Source: an uncultured Methanosarcinales archaeon
Lineage (GTDB): Archaea; Nanobdellota; Nanobdellia; Woesearchaeales; UBA525
DNA length: 37,529 bases
Direction of reading: 5' to 3'
Assembly (NCBI GenBank): GCA_964540015.1
Contig: CAZIKW010000004.1
Span: 629-38,157, forward strand
The stretch's first letter is position 1. Every line of letters starts with the position of its first letter. Positions 7,784 through 16,115 of the stretch are shown here, piece after piece. The translations under genes were made by a program, and so were the position numbers. The notes under the pieces are model-generated. The model was not told the origin of the DNA, did no database searches, and saw only the letters and a program-made list of their open reading frames with translations.

Positions 7784-10078
7784 ATGGCCCGAAACGACCT
7801 CCAGCTCAAAGTCGCGGAAGCGATCCAAGACGATGTCAACAAGGGTATCGTGCGATTCGATACGCCGCTCATGAAAGAGATCGATGTACGCCCCGGCGAC
7901 ATCGTCGAGCTGCAGGGCGAGCGCACCACCGTCGCTATCGTCGACCGCGCATTGCCTGCCGATATCGGCCAGCTCATCTTGCGCATGGACGGTCTCACCC
8001 GCCGCAACGCGAAGACGACGATCGGCGAGAACGTACGCATCCGCAAGGCAGATGTCGTTGAATGCAAGAAGATCACGATCGCTCCTGCACGAAAGGGCAT
8101 CATGATCCGCGCGTCACCGCAGATATTCAAGCGCGGGCTTCTGGGTCGCGCGGTCATCAAGGGCGACATCGTCTCGCTTGGCGGAACGCGCCGCCGCCGT
8201 ACGATGATGAACGAGAACCCGTTCTTCGACGATATGTTCAGCATGCTCGGTGACGACAATCTCATGTCGTTTGGCCTGGGCGACCTGAAATTCATCGTGG
8301 TCGAATCGCAACCGGCGAAGAAACCGGTATTGATCACCGAGAATACGCGCGTCGTCTTCAATCCTGAGGCGGTCGAGGTCAAAGACGAGCAACGCATCGA
8401 TGTCACGTATGAGGATATCGGCGGGCTTGATGAGGAACTCAAGAAGATCCGCGAGATGGTCGAGTTGCCATTGAAGCATCCGGAGATCTTCGAGCGCTTA
8501 GGCATCGAGCCGCCGAAGGGAGTATTGCTCCACGGCCCGCCGGGGACAGGAAAGACGCTCTTGGCGAAAGCGGTCGCAAACGAGACGAACTCGAACTTCA
8601 TCCTCATCAACGGCCCGGAGATCATGTCCAAATACTATGGGCAATCGGAAGAGAACCTCCGCAAGAAATTCGAGGACGCGGAAAAGAACGCGCCGAGCAT
8701 CATCTTCATCGACGAGATCGATGCGATCGCGTCCAAGCGAGAAGAATCAAAGGGTGAAGTCGAGCGACGTGTCGTCGCGCAGATGCTCGCGATGATGGAT
8801 GGCCTGCATGCGCGCGGGAAAGTCGTTGTCATCGCTGCGACGAACATCCCCAATCAGCTCGATCCCGCATTACGTCGACCAGGACGCTTCGACCGAGAGA
8901 TCGAGATCGGCGTACCGCAAACGCCAGGGCGCTTGAATGTGCTTAAGATCCACACCCGCTCGATGCCGCTTGCGGATAAGGGCAAGGAGAAAGTCGATCT
9001 CGATAAGATCGCCGCGATCACCCACGGTTTCGTCGGTGCTGATCTCTCGTCGCTCGCGAAGGAAGCGGCGATGATCGTCTTGCGTCGCGTGCTGCCCGAT
9101 GTAAGCGTACAAGACGAGGAGGAGCTTCCGCAGGAATTGCTCGATAAGCTCATCATCACACACGATGATTTCATGGAGGCGCTCAAAGTCGTGCGCCCGA
9201 GCGCGTTGCGCGAAGTTCTCATCGAGACACCCAATATCACGTACAACGATATCGGCGGCCTTACCGGCGTGAAGCAGGAGCTCGTCGAGGCGGTCGAGTG
9301 GCCACTCAAGCACAAGGAAGCGTTCGCGCGTATCGGCATCAGGGCTCCGAAGGGCATCTTGCTCTATGGCCCGCCAGGAACAGGAAAAACCTTGCTCGCC
9401 AAGGCTGTCGCGAAGGAATCGGAAGCGAACTTCATTAGCGTCAAGGGACCTGAGCTCCTGAGCAAATGGGTCGGCGAGAGCGAGAAGGCTGTGCGCAAGG
9501 TGTTCGAGAAAGCGCGCCAAGCGTCGCCGTGCGTCATCTTCTTTGACGAGCTTGATTCGCTTGCCCCCCACCGCAACAGCAACTCCGACTCGAACGTCAG
9601 TGAACGCGTCGTGAACCAGCTTCTGACCGAGCTCGATGGGATGCAGGAGCTTAACGACGTGGTCGTGATCGCGGCGACGAATCGCCCGGATATCATCGAC
9701 AGCGCGCTCCTGCGTCCTGGGCGGTTCGATCGCATCCTCCTCGTGCCGGTGCCCGACAAGGTCTCGCGCAAGCAGATCTTCGAGGTGCACTTAGGGGCGA
9801 TGAAGACGGGGAAGGACGTCGATGTGACAGAGCTTGTTGAGAAAACAGAAGGTTACGTGGGTGCGGATATCGCCGCGATTGTGCGCGAAGCGGGTATGCT
9901 CGCGTTGCGCGAGAACATGAAGGCGAAAGAGGTCGATAAGGAGCACTTCCTCGCGGCGTTGCAGAAGGTCCGCCCGTCCGTGAACAAGCAGATCGAAGCT
10001 GCGTACAAGGAGTTCGAGGACGGCTTCCGCCAAGCGCGCGGCAAGGAAATGGCCGACAAGCCCGTGTACTACGGATAA
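7784..10078 (+). CDS. cdc48: CDC48/VCP-like AAA+ ATPase (two AAA domains)
   Basis: Two Walker A motifs [15 protein letters not shown] are present, with DEID/DELD Walker B motifs and a CDC48 N-domain. Length is 764 aa. Confidence 0.95.
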   Translation: MARNDLQLKVAEAIQDDVNKGIVRFDTPLMKEIDVRPGDIVELQGERTTVAIVDRALPADIGQLILRMDGLTRRNAKTTIGENVRIRKADVVECKKITIAPARKGIMIRASPQIFKRGLLGRAVIKGDIVSLGGTRRRRTMMNENPFFDDMFSMLGDDNLMSFGLGDLKFIVVESQPAKKPVLITENTRVVFNPEAVEVKDEQRIDVTYEDIGGLDEELKKIREMVELPLKHPEIFERLGIEPPKGVLLHGPPGTGKTLLAKAVANETNSNFILINGPEIMSKYYGQSEENLRKKFEDAEKNAPSIIFIDEIDAIASKREESKGEVERRVVAQMLAMMDGLHARGKVVVIAATNIPNQLDPALRRPGRFDREIEIGVPQTPGRLNVLKIHTRSMPLADKGKEKVDLDKIAAITHGFVGADLSSLAKEAAMIVLRRVLPDVSVQDEEELPQELLDKLIITHDDFMEALKVVRPSALREVLIETPNITYNDIGGLTGVKQELVEAVEWPLKHKEAFARIGIRAPKGILLYGPPGTGKTLLAKAVAKESEANFISVKGPELLSKWVGESEKAVRKVFEKARQASPCVIFFDELDSLAPHRNSNSDSNVSERVVNQLLTELDGMQELNDVVVIAATNRPDIIDSALLRPGRFDRILLVPVPDKVSRKQIFEVHLGAMKTGKDVDVTELVEKTEGYVGADIAAIVREAGMLALRENMKAKEVDKEHFLAALQKVRPSVNKQIEAAYKEFEDGFRQARGKEMADKPVYYG

Positions 10079-10091
10079 CCAGGCGTCCACA

Positions 10092-10110
10092 TTCTTTTTT
10101 TCCTTTCTCT
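10092..10110 (+). terminator. Oligo-T tract downstream of cdc48
   Basis: The sequence TTCTTTTTTTCCTTTCTCT begins 14 nt after the stop. Archaeal terminators are T-runs. Confidence 0.4.
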
Positions 10111-10183
10111 CGTCGAAAACACAAACCTTTTTGTAGTTCTTGATCCTAAGGCATGTATCTTTCGACCACGTGGAGGTGGACGT

Positions 10184-10801
10184 ATGCGTAGAACACTTCA
10201 GAATCTCCTGGCTTCGGCGTTGCTTGTTGGTGGTTTGGCCGCGTGCGGCGAGCATAGTTCGCCAACCGCACCACCCGTGCCGACGATTGAGCGCGGCTAC
10301 CAACGGACCGCGGTGCAACAAGGTCCTGCCGCTTTAATCGTGAACTATGATAGCACATGGAGCGAACAGGGCGCACGAGACGTCGCGAGTCAAGGCCTCT
10401 CGGATGCGATGAACCTCATCAATATGCAGACTGGCACGCGCGGTCTCGTGAATATCGTCGCGAGCGTATACCTGCAAGGGCCGATCCCGGGTATCGAATT
10501 CGACACGAACGCCCCCGCAGGTCTCTACCGATCGGGCGACGGCAAGATCTTCTGCACGACCGCGCCAGGCGCGCTCAAAGCGAATGAGTGCATCGAGCAC
10601 CAATTGCAGCACGTGTATGCGCAAGAGCACAACTGCAGCAGATGGCAAAACGTCTTGCACGAAGACTCGCGCATCAATACCCTCAACACACCCGGCTTCG
10701 TCGCAGATGCACTCATGGTGAACTGTGAAGTGACGCACGACCCCGCAATCATGGCGTACGAAATCGATCGCTTCCATTGCGACACGGACGGGAAGGAATA
10801 A
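10184..10801 (+). CDS. Putative lipoprotein / secreted protein, hypothetical
   Basis: The signal with a lipobox-like LAAC (MRRTLQNLLASALLVGGLAACGEHSS) is preceded by a GGAGGTG SD at about 10171-10177. Confidence 0.6.
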   Translation: MRRTLQNLLASALLVGGLAACGEHSSPTAPPVPTIERGYQRTAVQQGPAALIVNYDSTWSEQGARDVASQGLSDAMNLINMQTGTRGLVNIVASVYLQGPIPGIEFDTNAPAGLYRSGDGKIFCTTAPGALKANECIEHQLQHVYAQEHNCSRWQNVLHEDSRINTLNTPGFVADALMVNCEVTHDPAIMAYEIDRFHCDTDGKE

Positions 10802-10827
10802 GAACCCCCGGACAACGTCGTTAAACT

Positions 10828-11223
10828 ATGAGTGTACCTCGCGTCGGTATCGCAGTCATCATCATACGTGATGGCAAGATGCTCATCGGCAAGCGCAAAA
10901 GCTCGCTGGGCTTGGGTTCTTGGGCGCCTCCTGGCGGTCACCTCGAATTCGGCGAGACGCCTGAAGCGTGCGCTGCTCGCGAGACGATGGAAGAAGCGGG
11001 ACTCGTGCTACGTGATATCCGCCATGCGGCGTTCACGAGCGACGTGATCGATGGAACAAAGCATTACGTGACGTTGTTTCTCACTGCGCACGCAACAGGA
11101 GAACCGCGAGTGTGTGAACCGGACAAGTGCGAACGCTGGGAATGGCACACGTGGGATGACTTGCCACAACCACTGTTCCCGTCATTGCAGACGCTCAAAG
11201 AGACGGGATTCCGTCCTACGTGA
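10828..11223 (+). CDS. NUDIX hydrolase
   Basis: The complete Nudix box is present: GHLEFGETPEACAARETMEEAGL (Gx5Ex7REUxEExGU). Confidence 0.85.
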   Translation: MSVPRVGIAVIIIRDGKMLIGKRKSSLGLGSWAPPGGHLEFGETPEACAARETMEEAGLVLRDIRHAAFTSDVIDGTKHYVTLFLTAHATGEPRVCEPDKCERWEWHTWDDLPQPLFPSLQTLKETGFRPT

Positions 11224-11254
11224 TCGCATACAGCGGAATCAACCGAACCACCCC

Positions 11255-11626
11255 TTACGAAGCACAAGGCTTGAATGGATTGAGCAAACGATCGCGTGCG
11301 CAGCGATAGTCGCTCAATGCAGCCTCGTAGTCCCGACGAGCGAAATCCGGGAACGCCAGGTACTCGTGCACAAGTTGAGGGTACGAACGAAGAGTCGTAA
11401 CGGCATTGAGATCTCTCTCTTCATGACGCGATGCAGCATCAGCATGACGCGCCACATCCTGTAAAACACGGAGTTCATTACGAGTTTCCTCAACAGCCGC
11501 AATCATACGATCCTGTGCATCACGCATCTGCATATGATGATATCCTCCGTACAAAATAGCAATAGCACAGAGACCTGTGGAGGCCATGGTTTTCATCTGT
11601 CGCGAACATACATTCATAGGGTTCAC
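11255..11626 (-). CDS. Hypothetical protein with N-terminal hydrophobic anchor
   Basis: This is a 123-aa ORF with no recognised domain. Which in-frame Met is the true start is uncertain. Confidence 0.45.
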   Translation of the reverse strand: MNPMNVCSRQMKTMASTGLCAIAILYGGYHHMQMRDAQDRMIAAVEETRNELRVLQDVARHADAASRHEERDLNAVTTLRSYPQLVHEYLAFPDFARRDYEAALSDYRCARDRLLNPFKPCAS

Positions 11627-11665
11627 CTCTGGATGTGTTGGGAGAGGGAAACCGCAACATATTAA

Positions 11666-11689
11666 TTACTCCTCCCCTAAAGGGAGTAA
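11666..11689 (+). promoter_or_regulatory. Inverted repeat TTACTCC-N10-GGAGTAA between a TATA-like ATATTAATTA and the ATG of the second TrmB-family gene
   Basis: Read directly: 11666-11672 is the reverse complement of 11683-11689. The repeat ends 2 nt before the ATG at 11692. Confidence 0.4.
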
Positions 11690-11691
11690 CG

Positions 11692-12462
11692 ATGAATGAA
11701 AAAGACCTCCAAAATACCGGCCTGGGTTTGAACGAAGGGAAGGCCTATCTGGCATTGTTACGCCTGGGGACCACTACGACGACCGCTATCCTCCGAGAAA
11801 CAGCCATGCCCACCTCAAAAGTATACGAGAGCCTCACGCGCCTCCAACGCAAGGGTCTCGCAGCCTACAGCACCATTCGAGGTGTGAAGCATTGGCGTGC
11901 CGAAAATCCAGTGCGCATTCTCGATCTGCTCGACCAGGAGAATAGACAACTAGCACTTCGCCGCACAGTAGTCGAACACCTCGTCACCCAGCTACAGAGC
12001 ATACAACCCCACACCTCCAACTCAGAACGATTCACCGTGTATGAAGGCATCGCAGGCATCAAGACCGCAAGAGAGCAAGCCCTTCTACGACTAAAGCGTG
12101 GAGAGGAGATGCTTATCATTCTGAGCACCATGCCAGCCATCACCCACATGGAAGGCTTTTGGAGCGATTTTCAACGTCGACGGGCACGCAAAGGCATCCG
12201 CGCACGCTATCTCGTCCATCCGGAGTTCTCAGCGATAACCAAGACACGCATCAAACTCCCACTCACCGCTGTTCGCACACTCCCAACCTCCGCGCTCAGT
12301 CCAACATGGACAGAAATATATCCAGATCTGGTCGGAATAGGGGTCCTTGGTCCGAATCCATCACTGCTCATCATCGCAGACAACGACGTGGTGGCTGGGC
12401 ATCAACAGTACTTCGAGCAACTCTGGGGTTCTGCGAAAGCGAAGCGACGCAAGCGCACATAG
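11692..12462 (+). CDS. TrmB-family winged-helix transcriptional regulator (paralog 2)
   Basis: The start at MNEKDLQNTGLGLNEGKAYLALLRLGTTT matches the N-terminal spacing of the first TrmB paralog. It has a basic C-terminal tail. Confidence 0.75.
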   Translation: MNEKDLQNTGLGLNEGKAYLALLRLGTTTTTAILRETAMPTSKVYESLTRLQRKGLAAYSTIRGVKHWRAENPVRILDLLDQENRQLALRRTVVEHLVTQLQSIQPHTSNSERFTVYEGIAGIKTAREQALLRLKRGEEMLIILSTMPAITHMEGFWSDFQRRRARKGIRARYLVHPEFSAITKTRIKLPLTAVRTLPTSALSPTWTEIYPDLVGIGVLGPNPSLLIIADNDVVAGHQQYFEQLWGSAKAKRRKRT

Positions 12463-12900
12463 CTATCCCTGTAGGTAATCACTCGTCCTCTCTTTCCATT
12501 TTCCTCTATACGCTTTCGGCAACGCATAGTATGGTTTGAGGACCTTACGACATTCTTTTCGACCACACAGACATTTCATATCCCAGTTCGGCATGCTGTC
12601 CGTGAAGGAATAATCGATCGTGATCTCCTCGCCTTCCTTGATCGGGCGCAGCGCAGTGATGGCATTACGTCCTTTCACCGAGCAGTTCGGGTCGCACGAG
12701 TGATTGAGAAATCCGGGCAGTCCGTTTGGCGCTGGGCGGATGAATTCGTTCTTGCCCACTTGTAAAGATCGGTGGTTGCAGTGCTGCCAATCGACGGTCT
12801 TGCCGACGAAATGGAATGCGACGTCCCCCTTCTTGAGATCCTTTGTCGCGAAGATGCCTTTGCCTTCGAGACGCGAGCCTTGGACGGCAACGTTGGACAT
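12463..12900 (-). CDS. SET-domain protein lysine methyltransferase
   Basis: Motifs NHSCDPNC and EEITIDYS are present, with a post-SET-like CLCGRKEC. The start at MSNVAVQG lies 21 nt downstream of the TATA-like ATTTATAAG (12922-12930). Confidence 0.8.
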   Translation of the reverse strand: MSNVAVQGSRLEGKGIFATKDLKKGDVAFHFVGKTVDWQHCNHRSLQVGKNEFIRPAPNGLPGFLNHSCDPNCSVKGRNAITALRPIKEGEEITIDYSFTDSMPNWDMKCLCGRKECRKVLKPYYALPKAYRGKWKERTSDYLQG

Positions 12901-12978
12901 GCGACGACACCCGAACCGTCGATTTATAAGTTCAACGGTCCACAACCTTTAAGTACCATTCCGACGGCACAACCACTC

Positions 12979-14277
12979 ATGGATCTCCCCGGCAATGCGC
13001 ATGTCGAATTCTCGTACGCAGGCCAGCACCTCTCAGGCACAGTCGTGCAGGTGCGTGATGGGAACGTCACTATCAAGCTCGTGACCGGCTACAACGTCAT
13101 CCTGCCCGTCACCGAGCTTAAAGACTTGAAGACCACGCCAAAAGAGCGCCCCGAGCATCACGCGCACGCGCCGCACCAGGACGCGACCCTCCCCGCAGTC
13201 ACCATCATCCACACGGGCGGCACGATCGCAAGCAGAGTAGATTACTCAACCGGCGCGGTCGTCGCACAGTTCGACCCGGCAGAGCTCCTCGCGATGTTCC
13301 CGGACGTGACGAAGATCGCGCACGTGACGAGCCATTTGCTGCGCAACATGCAGTCAGACGATATGCGCTTTGCGCACCACAATCTGATCGCGAAAGCGGT
13401 GCTCGAAGAGATCACGCGTGACGCGCGCGGCGTCATCGTCACGCAGGGGACGGATACGCTCCACTACACCGCTGCTGCACTCGCATTCATCCTCGAAGGC
13501 GTGAACATCCCCGTCGTTGTCGTCGGTAGCCAACGCTCTTCAGACCGCGGTTCCTCTGACGCAAACGCGAATCTCATGGGCGCGCTGCGCTTCATCACGC
13601 AAGCGAATATCCCCGGCGTCTTCGTCGCGATGCATCACGGTTCAGGCGACAGCGACATCGCGATCATCGAAGGCGTGCGCGCGCGAAAGAACCACACGTC
13701 GCGCCGCGATGCATTCAGCAGCGTCAATGCGCCGATTATCGCGAAAGTCACTGACGGTCACACGGAGATCGTGAGCGAAGCGCGTGTCGCAGAGTTGCGC
13801 GCGAATGCATCGCAGCACCCACGCGTCCTACCCCTCGATGAGACGCTCAAAATCGGCATCTGGTACGTGCATCCTCAGTCATACGCGGATGAGCTCCTCG
13901 TCTATGACCACTATGATGGGTTACTCATTGCAGGCACCGGTTTAGGTCACGCGCCGATCACAGTGATCGACGATGAAACATCAGAACACGAACGCATCCG
14001 CACACACCTCGCGCGATTGGCGAAGAGAATCCCCGTCGTCATGGCGCCGCAGACAATCTGGGGACGCGTGAACATGGATGTCTACTCGCCCGGCCGCACC
14101 TTGCAAGAGATGGGTGTCTTAGGTCAAGGCTGCGACACACACATAGAAACCGCATTCATGAAGCTCGCGTGGCTCCTGTCGCAGCACAAGGAAGACGCCA
14201 AGAAACTCTACAACACCGATCTTCGAGGAGAAATCTCTAAACGCAGTCCGCTAGAAGACTCGCACAAAGGCGGCTAA
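12979..14277 (+). CDS. gatD: Glutamyl-tRNA(Gln) amidotransferase subunit D
   Basis: The asparaginase-type motif IIHTGGTIAS is present, and the length of about 432 aa is typical of GatD. The start at MDLPGNAHV lies 23 nt downstream of the TATA-like CTTTAAGTA (12947-12955). Confidence 0.9.
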   Translation: MDLPGNAHVEFSYAGQHLSGTVVQVRDGNVTIKLVTGYNVILPVTELKDLKTTPKERPEHHAHAPHQDATLPAVTIIHTGGTIASRVDYSTGAVVAQFDPAELLAMFPDVTKIAHVTSHLLRNMQSDDMRFAHHNLIAKAVLEEITRDARGVIVTQGTDTLHYTAAALAFILEGVNIPVVVVGSQRSSDRGSSDANANLMGALRFITQANIPGVFVAMHHGSGDSDIAIIEGVRARKNHTSRRDAFSSVNAPIIAKVTDGHTEIVSEARVAELRANASQHPRVLPLDETLKIGIWYVHPQSYADELLVYDHYDGLLIAGTGLGHAPITVIDDETSEHERIRTHLARLAKRIPVVMAPQTIWGRVNMDVYSPGRTLQEMGVLGQGCDTHIETAFMKLAWLLSQHKEDAKKLYNTDLRGEISKRSPLEDSHKGG

Positions 14278-14280
14278 GCA

Positions 14281-14562
14281 ATGACAAGACGCCCGCAATG
14301 GATTATCGACGAGACAAAGGATCTCGAGATGATCGCACGCATCGCGTACAAGCCCAAGCACACCGTGAAATTCTACGAAGACGATCTCGATGAGCACGAA
14401 ATGGGCGCGCTCGAGCGGCTTGAGGAGTACGGATTAGTGAACGCAAAGATGGGCGTGCGCGACGAGCGCGTCATCTTGACCTATCGACTCACACGCAAAG
14501 GCAAGCGCGCATACAATGATATCCTCGATGGATTCGAGAAGAGCTTACCAGACCATACGTGA
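14281..14562 (+). CDS. Small hypothetical protein (93 aa), possibly winged-helix
   Basis: It begins 3 nt after the gatD stop. The LERLEEYGLV...LTYRLTRKGKRAY segment is wHTH-like. The assignment is weak. Confidence 0.45.
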   Translation: MTRRPQWIIDETKDLEMIARIAYKPKHTVKFYEDDLDEHEMGALERLEEYGLVNAKMGVRDERVILTYRLTRKGKRAYNDILDGFEKSLPDHT

Positions 14563-14589
14563 GAGAATAAAAAATCAGGAAAAATAAAT

Positions 14590-15057
14590 TCATTTCTTCT
14601 TTTTCGCATCGACCTTCGTGGTCGTGACCGATTCCTTGGGAGCGGTCTTGCCCGTTTGCTGGAAGTTGACCTTCGGCAGCGGAACGGGGCTTGGCAAGCC
14701 AAGGTCACGCGCGATGAGGAGCGCCTGGATGTTGCAGCGGTCGAGGAGAGCGCTCATGGCGACCTGCGCGAGCTGCTGATCGAGCTTCTTCGATTTCGCC
14801 CAGTCATCGATGACGGACTTCGTCTTTGACGCATCCGCGAGGAGGACGATATCGCCTTCGAGAGCGAGGGACGCGAAATCCGCGCCGTACTTGCTCGAGA
14901 ACAAGAAGCTGACGCGGATAGCGCCACGGTCGCCGACGCCGATCTTGGCCTCAGTGATGTCCTTGATGGAGACGTTGTTGTTGATATTGATCTGTCCGAC
15001 TGCCGTTCGCTTGCGCTCGGCGCTGATCTTCGTGAAGTGGAAACCGACGATGTTCAT
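14590..15057 (-). CDS. Hypothetical protein with SecB-like sequence pattern and a lysine-rich tail
   Basis: FHFTKISAERK near the N-terminus and LLDRCNIQALLIARDLGLPSPVPLPKVNF near the C-terminus parallel E. coli SecB (IQRIYTKDISFE ... YCPNILFPYARECI...FPQLNLAPVNF). This comparison is from memory only. Confidence 0.55.
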   Translation of the reverse strand: MNIVGFHFTKISAERKRTAVGQININNNVSIKDITEAKIGVGDRGAIRVSFLFSSKYGADFASLALEGDIVLLADASKTKSVIDDWAKSKKLDQQLAQVAMSALLDRCNIQALLIARDLGLPSPVPLPKVNFQQTGKTAPKESVTTTKVDAKKKK

Positions 15058-15115
15058 AGTATCACCAACCAGGGAAGACGGACCTGGGGTTTATAAAAAT
15101 TATGTTCAGCCCTTC

Positions 15116-15370
15116 TTAAGCGGCCTTTCGCGTCTGCTCGTACGCCTCTTCAGGGGAGATGCGCTTCGTATGCGCTTCCCGACGGACGCTGAAACGGACT
15201 GATTCCGGCTCCTTGCGCCACTGCACCCAATTCTCAAGACGGTATTTCTCTTCTGTCGGGATACGGTGCGCGGCCGCCTCTTTGAGCACTTTCGTCGCTA
15301 TCTCATCATTATGGTAAAGCGTGAAGAAGACGTCCTCGACCGATGATTTCGTAGCGGCGCGTTTCACCAT
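15116..15370 (-). CDS. Hypothetical protein (84 aa)
   Basis: This uses the internal Met (MVKRAATKSS...) of the 15116-15550 ORF. The longer version would overlap the TATA box and the start of the divergent HAD gene. Confidence 0.4.
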   Translation of the reverse strand: MVKRAATKSSVEDVFFTLYHNDEIATKVLKEAAAHRIPTEEKYRLENWVQWRKEPESVRFSVRREAHTKRISPEEAYEQTRKAA

Positions 15371-15394
15371 TATATCACCGATAAGGACAGTAGG

Positions 15395-15403
15395 CATATA
15401 AGG
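15395..15403. promoter_or_regulatory. Single central TATA-like box CATATAAGG shared by divergent starts at 15370 (-) and 15425 (+)
   Basis: It sits in the centre of the 54-nt gap, 24 nt and 21 nt from the two start codons. Confidence 0.4.
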
Positions 15404-15424
15404 ATTGCGACCGCACAGGACCGT

Positions 15425-16084
15425 ATGATCCGACTCGTCTGCCTCGATATGGACGGCGTGCTCACGAAAACACGCAATTTCTGGATAGCGCTGCACGAAG
15501 CGTACGGAACGCTTGAGGAAGGGAAGACGCTTACCGAGAAGCACCTCCACACCGATTACGAGACGCTGGTGTCAGAAGTCATCGGACGCTTATGGAAGGG
15601 GAAAGACGAAGGCACGTTCACGAAACTGATTTCAGATATCGAGCTCCAAGACGGCATCGTGGAGTTTTTCGCAGCCCTTGACGAGGTGCGCATGGAGAAC
15701 GGGGATCCGGTGCCGCGTGCCATCATCACGTCAGGGCCGTTCGAGCTCGCAGACCGCATCGCCAAACAGTTTAAGGTCGAGTATGTCTTCGCGAACCAAC
15801 TCGTATTTCGCGACGGGAAGATCACGGGCGAATTCCGCTGGCCTGTCGGCGCTGGAACGCACGAGAAAGAACGCATCATCGAAACGTTATGCGATGATTT
15901 CTCCTTGCTTCCGACGCAGGTGCTCTATATCGGCGATTCGATGTCAGATATTGATGCGTTCAAGGTCGTCGGCGTGAGCATCGCGTTTAACAGCGCGCCA
16001 GAAGAGCTCAAAGCGATTGCTACGCATGCAATAGAAACCTCTGATCTACGCGATGTGGTGCCAATACTCAGGACGCTACGGTAA
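15425..16084 (+). CDS. HAD-superfamily hydrolase, phosphoserine-phosphatase-like
   Basis: Motif I is VCLDMDGVLT. A C-terminal GDSMSD motif is also present. Confidence 0.8.
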   Translation: MIRLVCLDMDGVLTKTRNFWIALHEAYGTLEEGKTLTEKHLHTDYETLVSEVIGRLWKGKDEGTFTKLISDIELQDGIVEFFAALDEVRMENGDPVPRAIITSGPFELADRIAKQFKVEYVFANQLVFRDGKITGEFRWPVGAGTHEKERIIETLCDDFSLLPTQVLYIGDSMSDIDAFKVVGVSIAFNSAPEELKAIATHAIETSDLRDVVPILRTLR

Positions 16085-16115
16085 GAAGAGAAAAAAAAGG
16101 AAAAGTCACCACATC

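Noticed and set aside
8870-9790. A 306-aa ORF antisense to cdc48 (and 7771-8631, 8854-9357, 9364-9771)
   Set aside because: They are fully contained in the strongly supported CDC48 frame. They have no motifs and show the typical high-GC antisense openness.
12772-12978. N-terminal extensions of track ORFs (gatD from 12772, ack from 29667, dph6 from 25334, zinc ribbon from 25980, glycosidase from 2004, SET from 12945, TrmB-2 from 11635)
   Set aside because: The extensions overlap neighbouring genes or promoters and lack similarity to the respective families. Internal starts sit at the recurrent distance of about 22 nt from a TATA box or overlap the upstream stop as ATGA.
4013-14277. Separation of gatE and gatD by about 7 kb as an anomaly
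   Set aside because: The two subunits are not obligatorily operonic in archaea. Both look intact, so this is noted but not considered significant.
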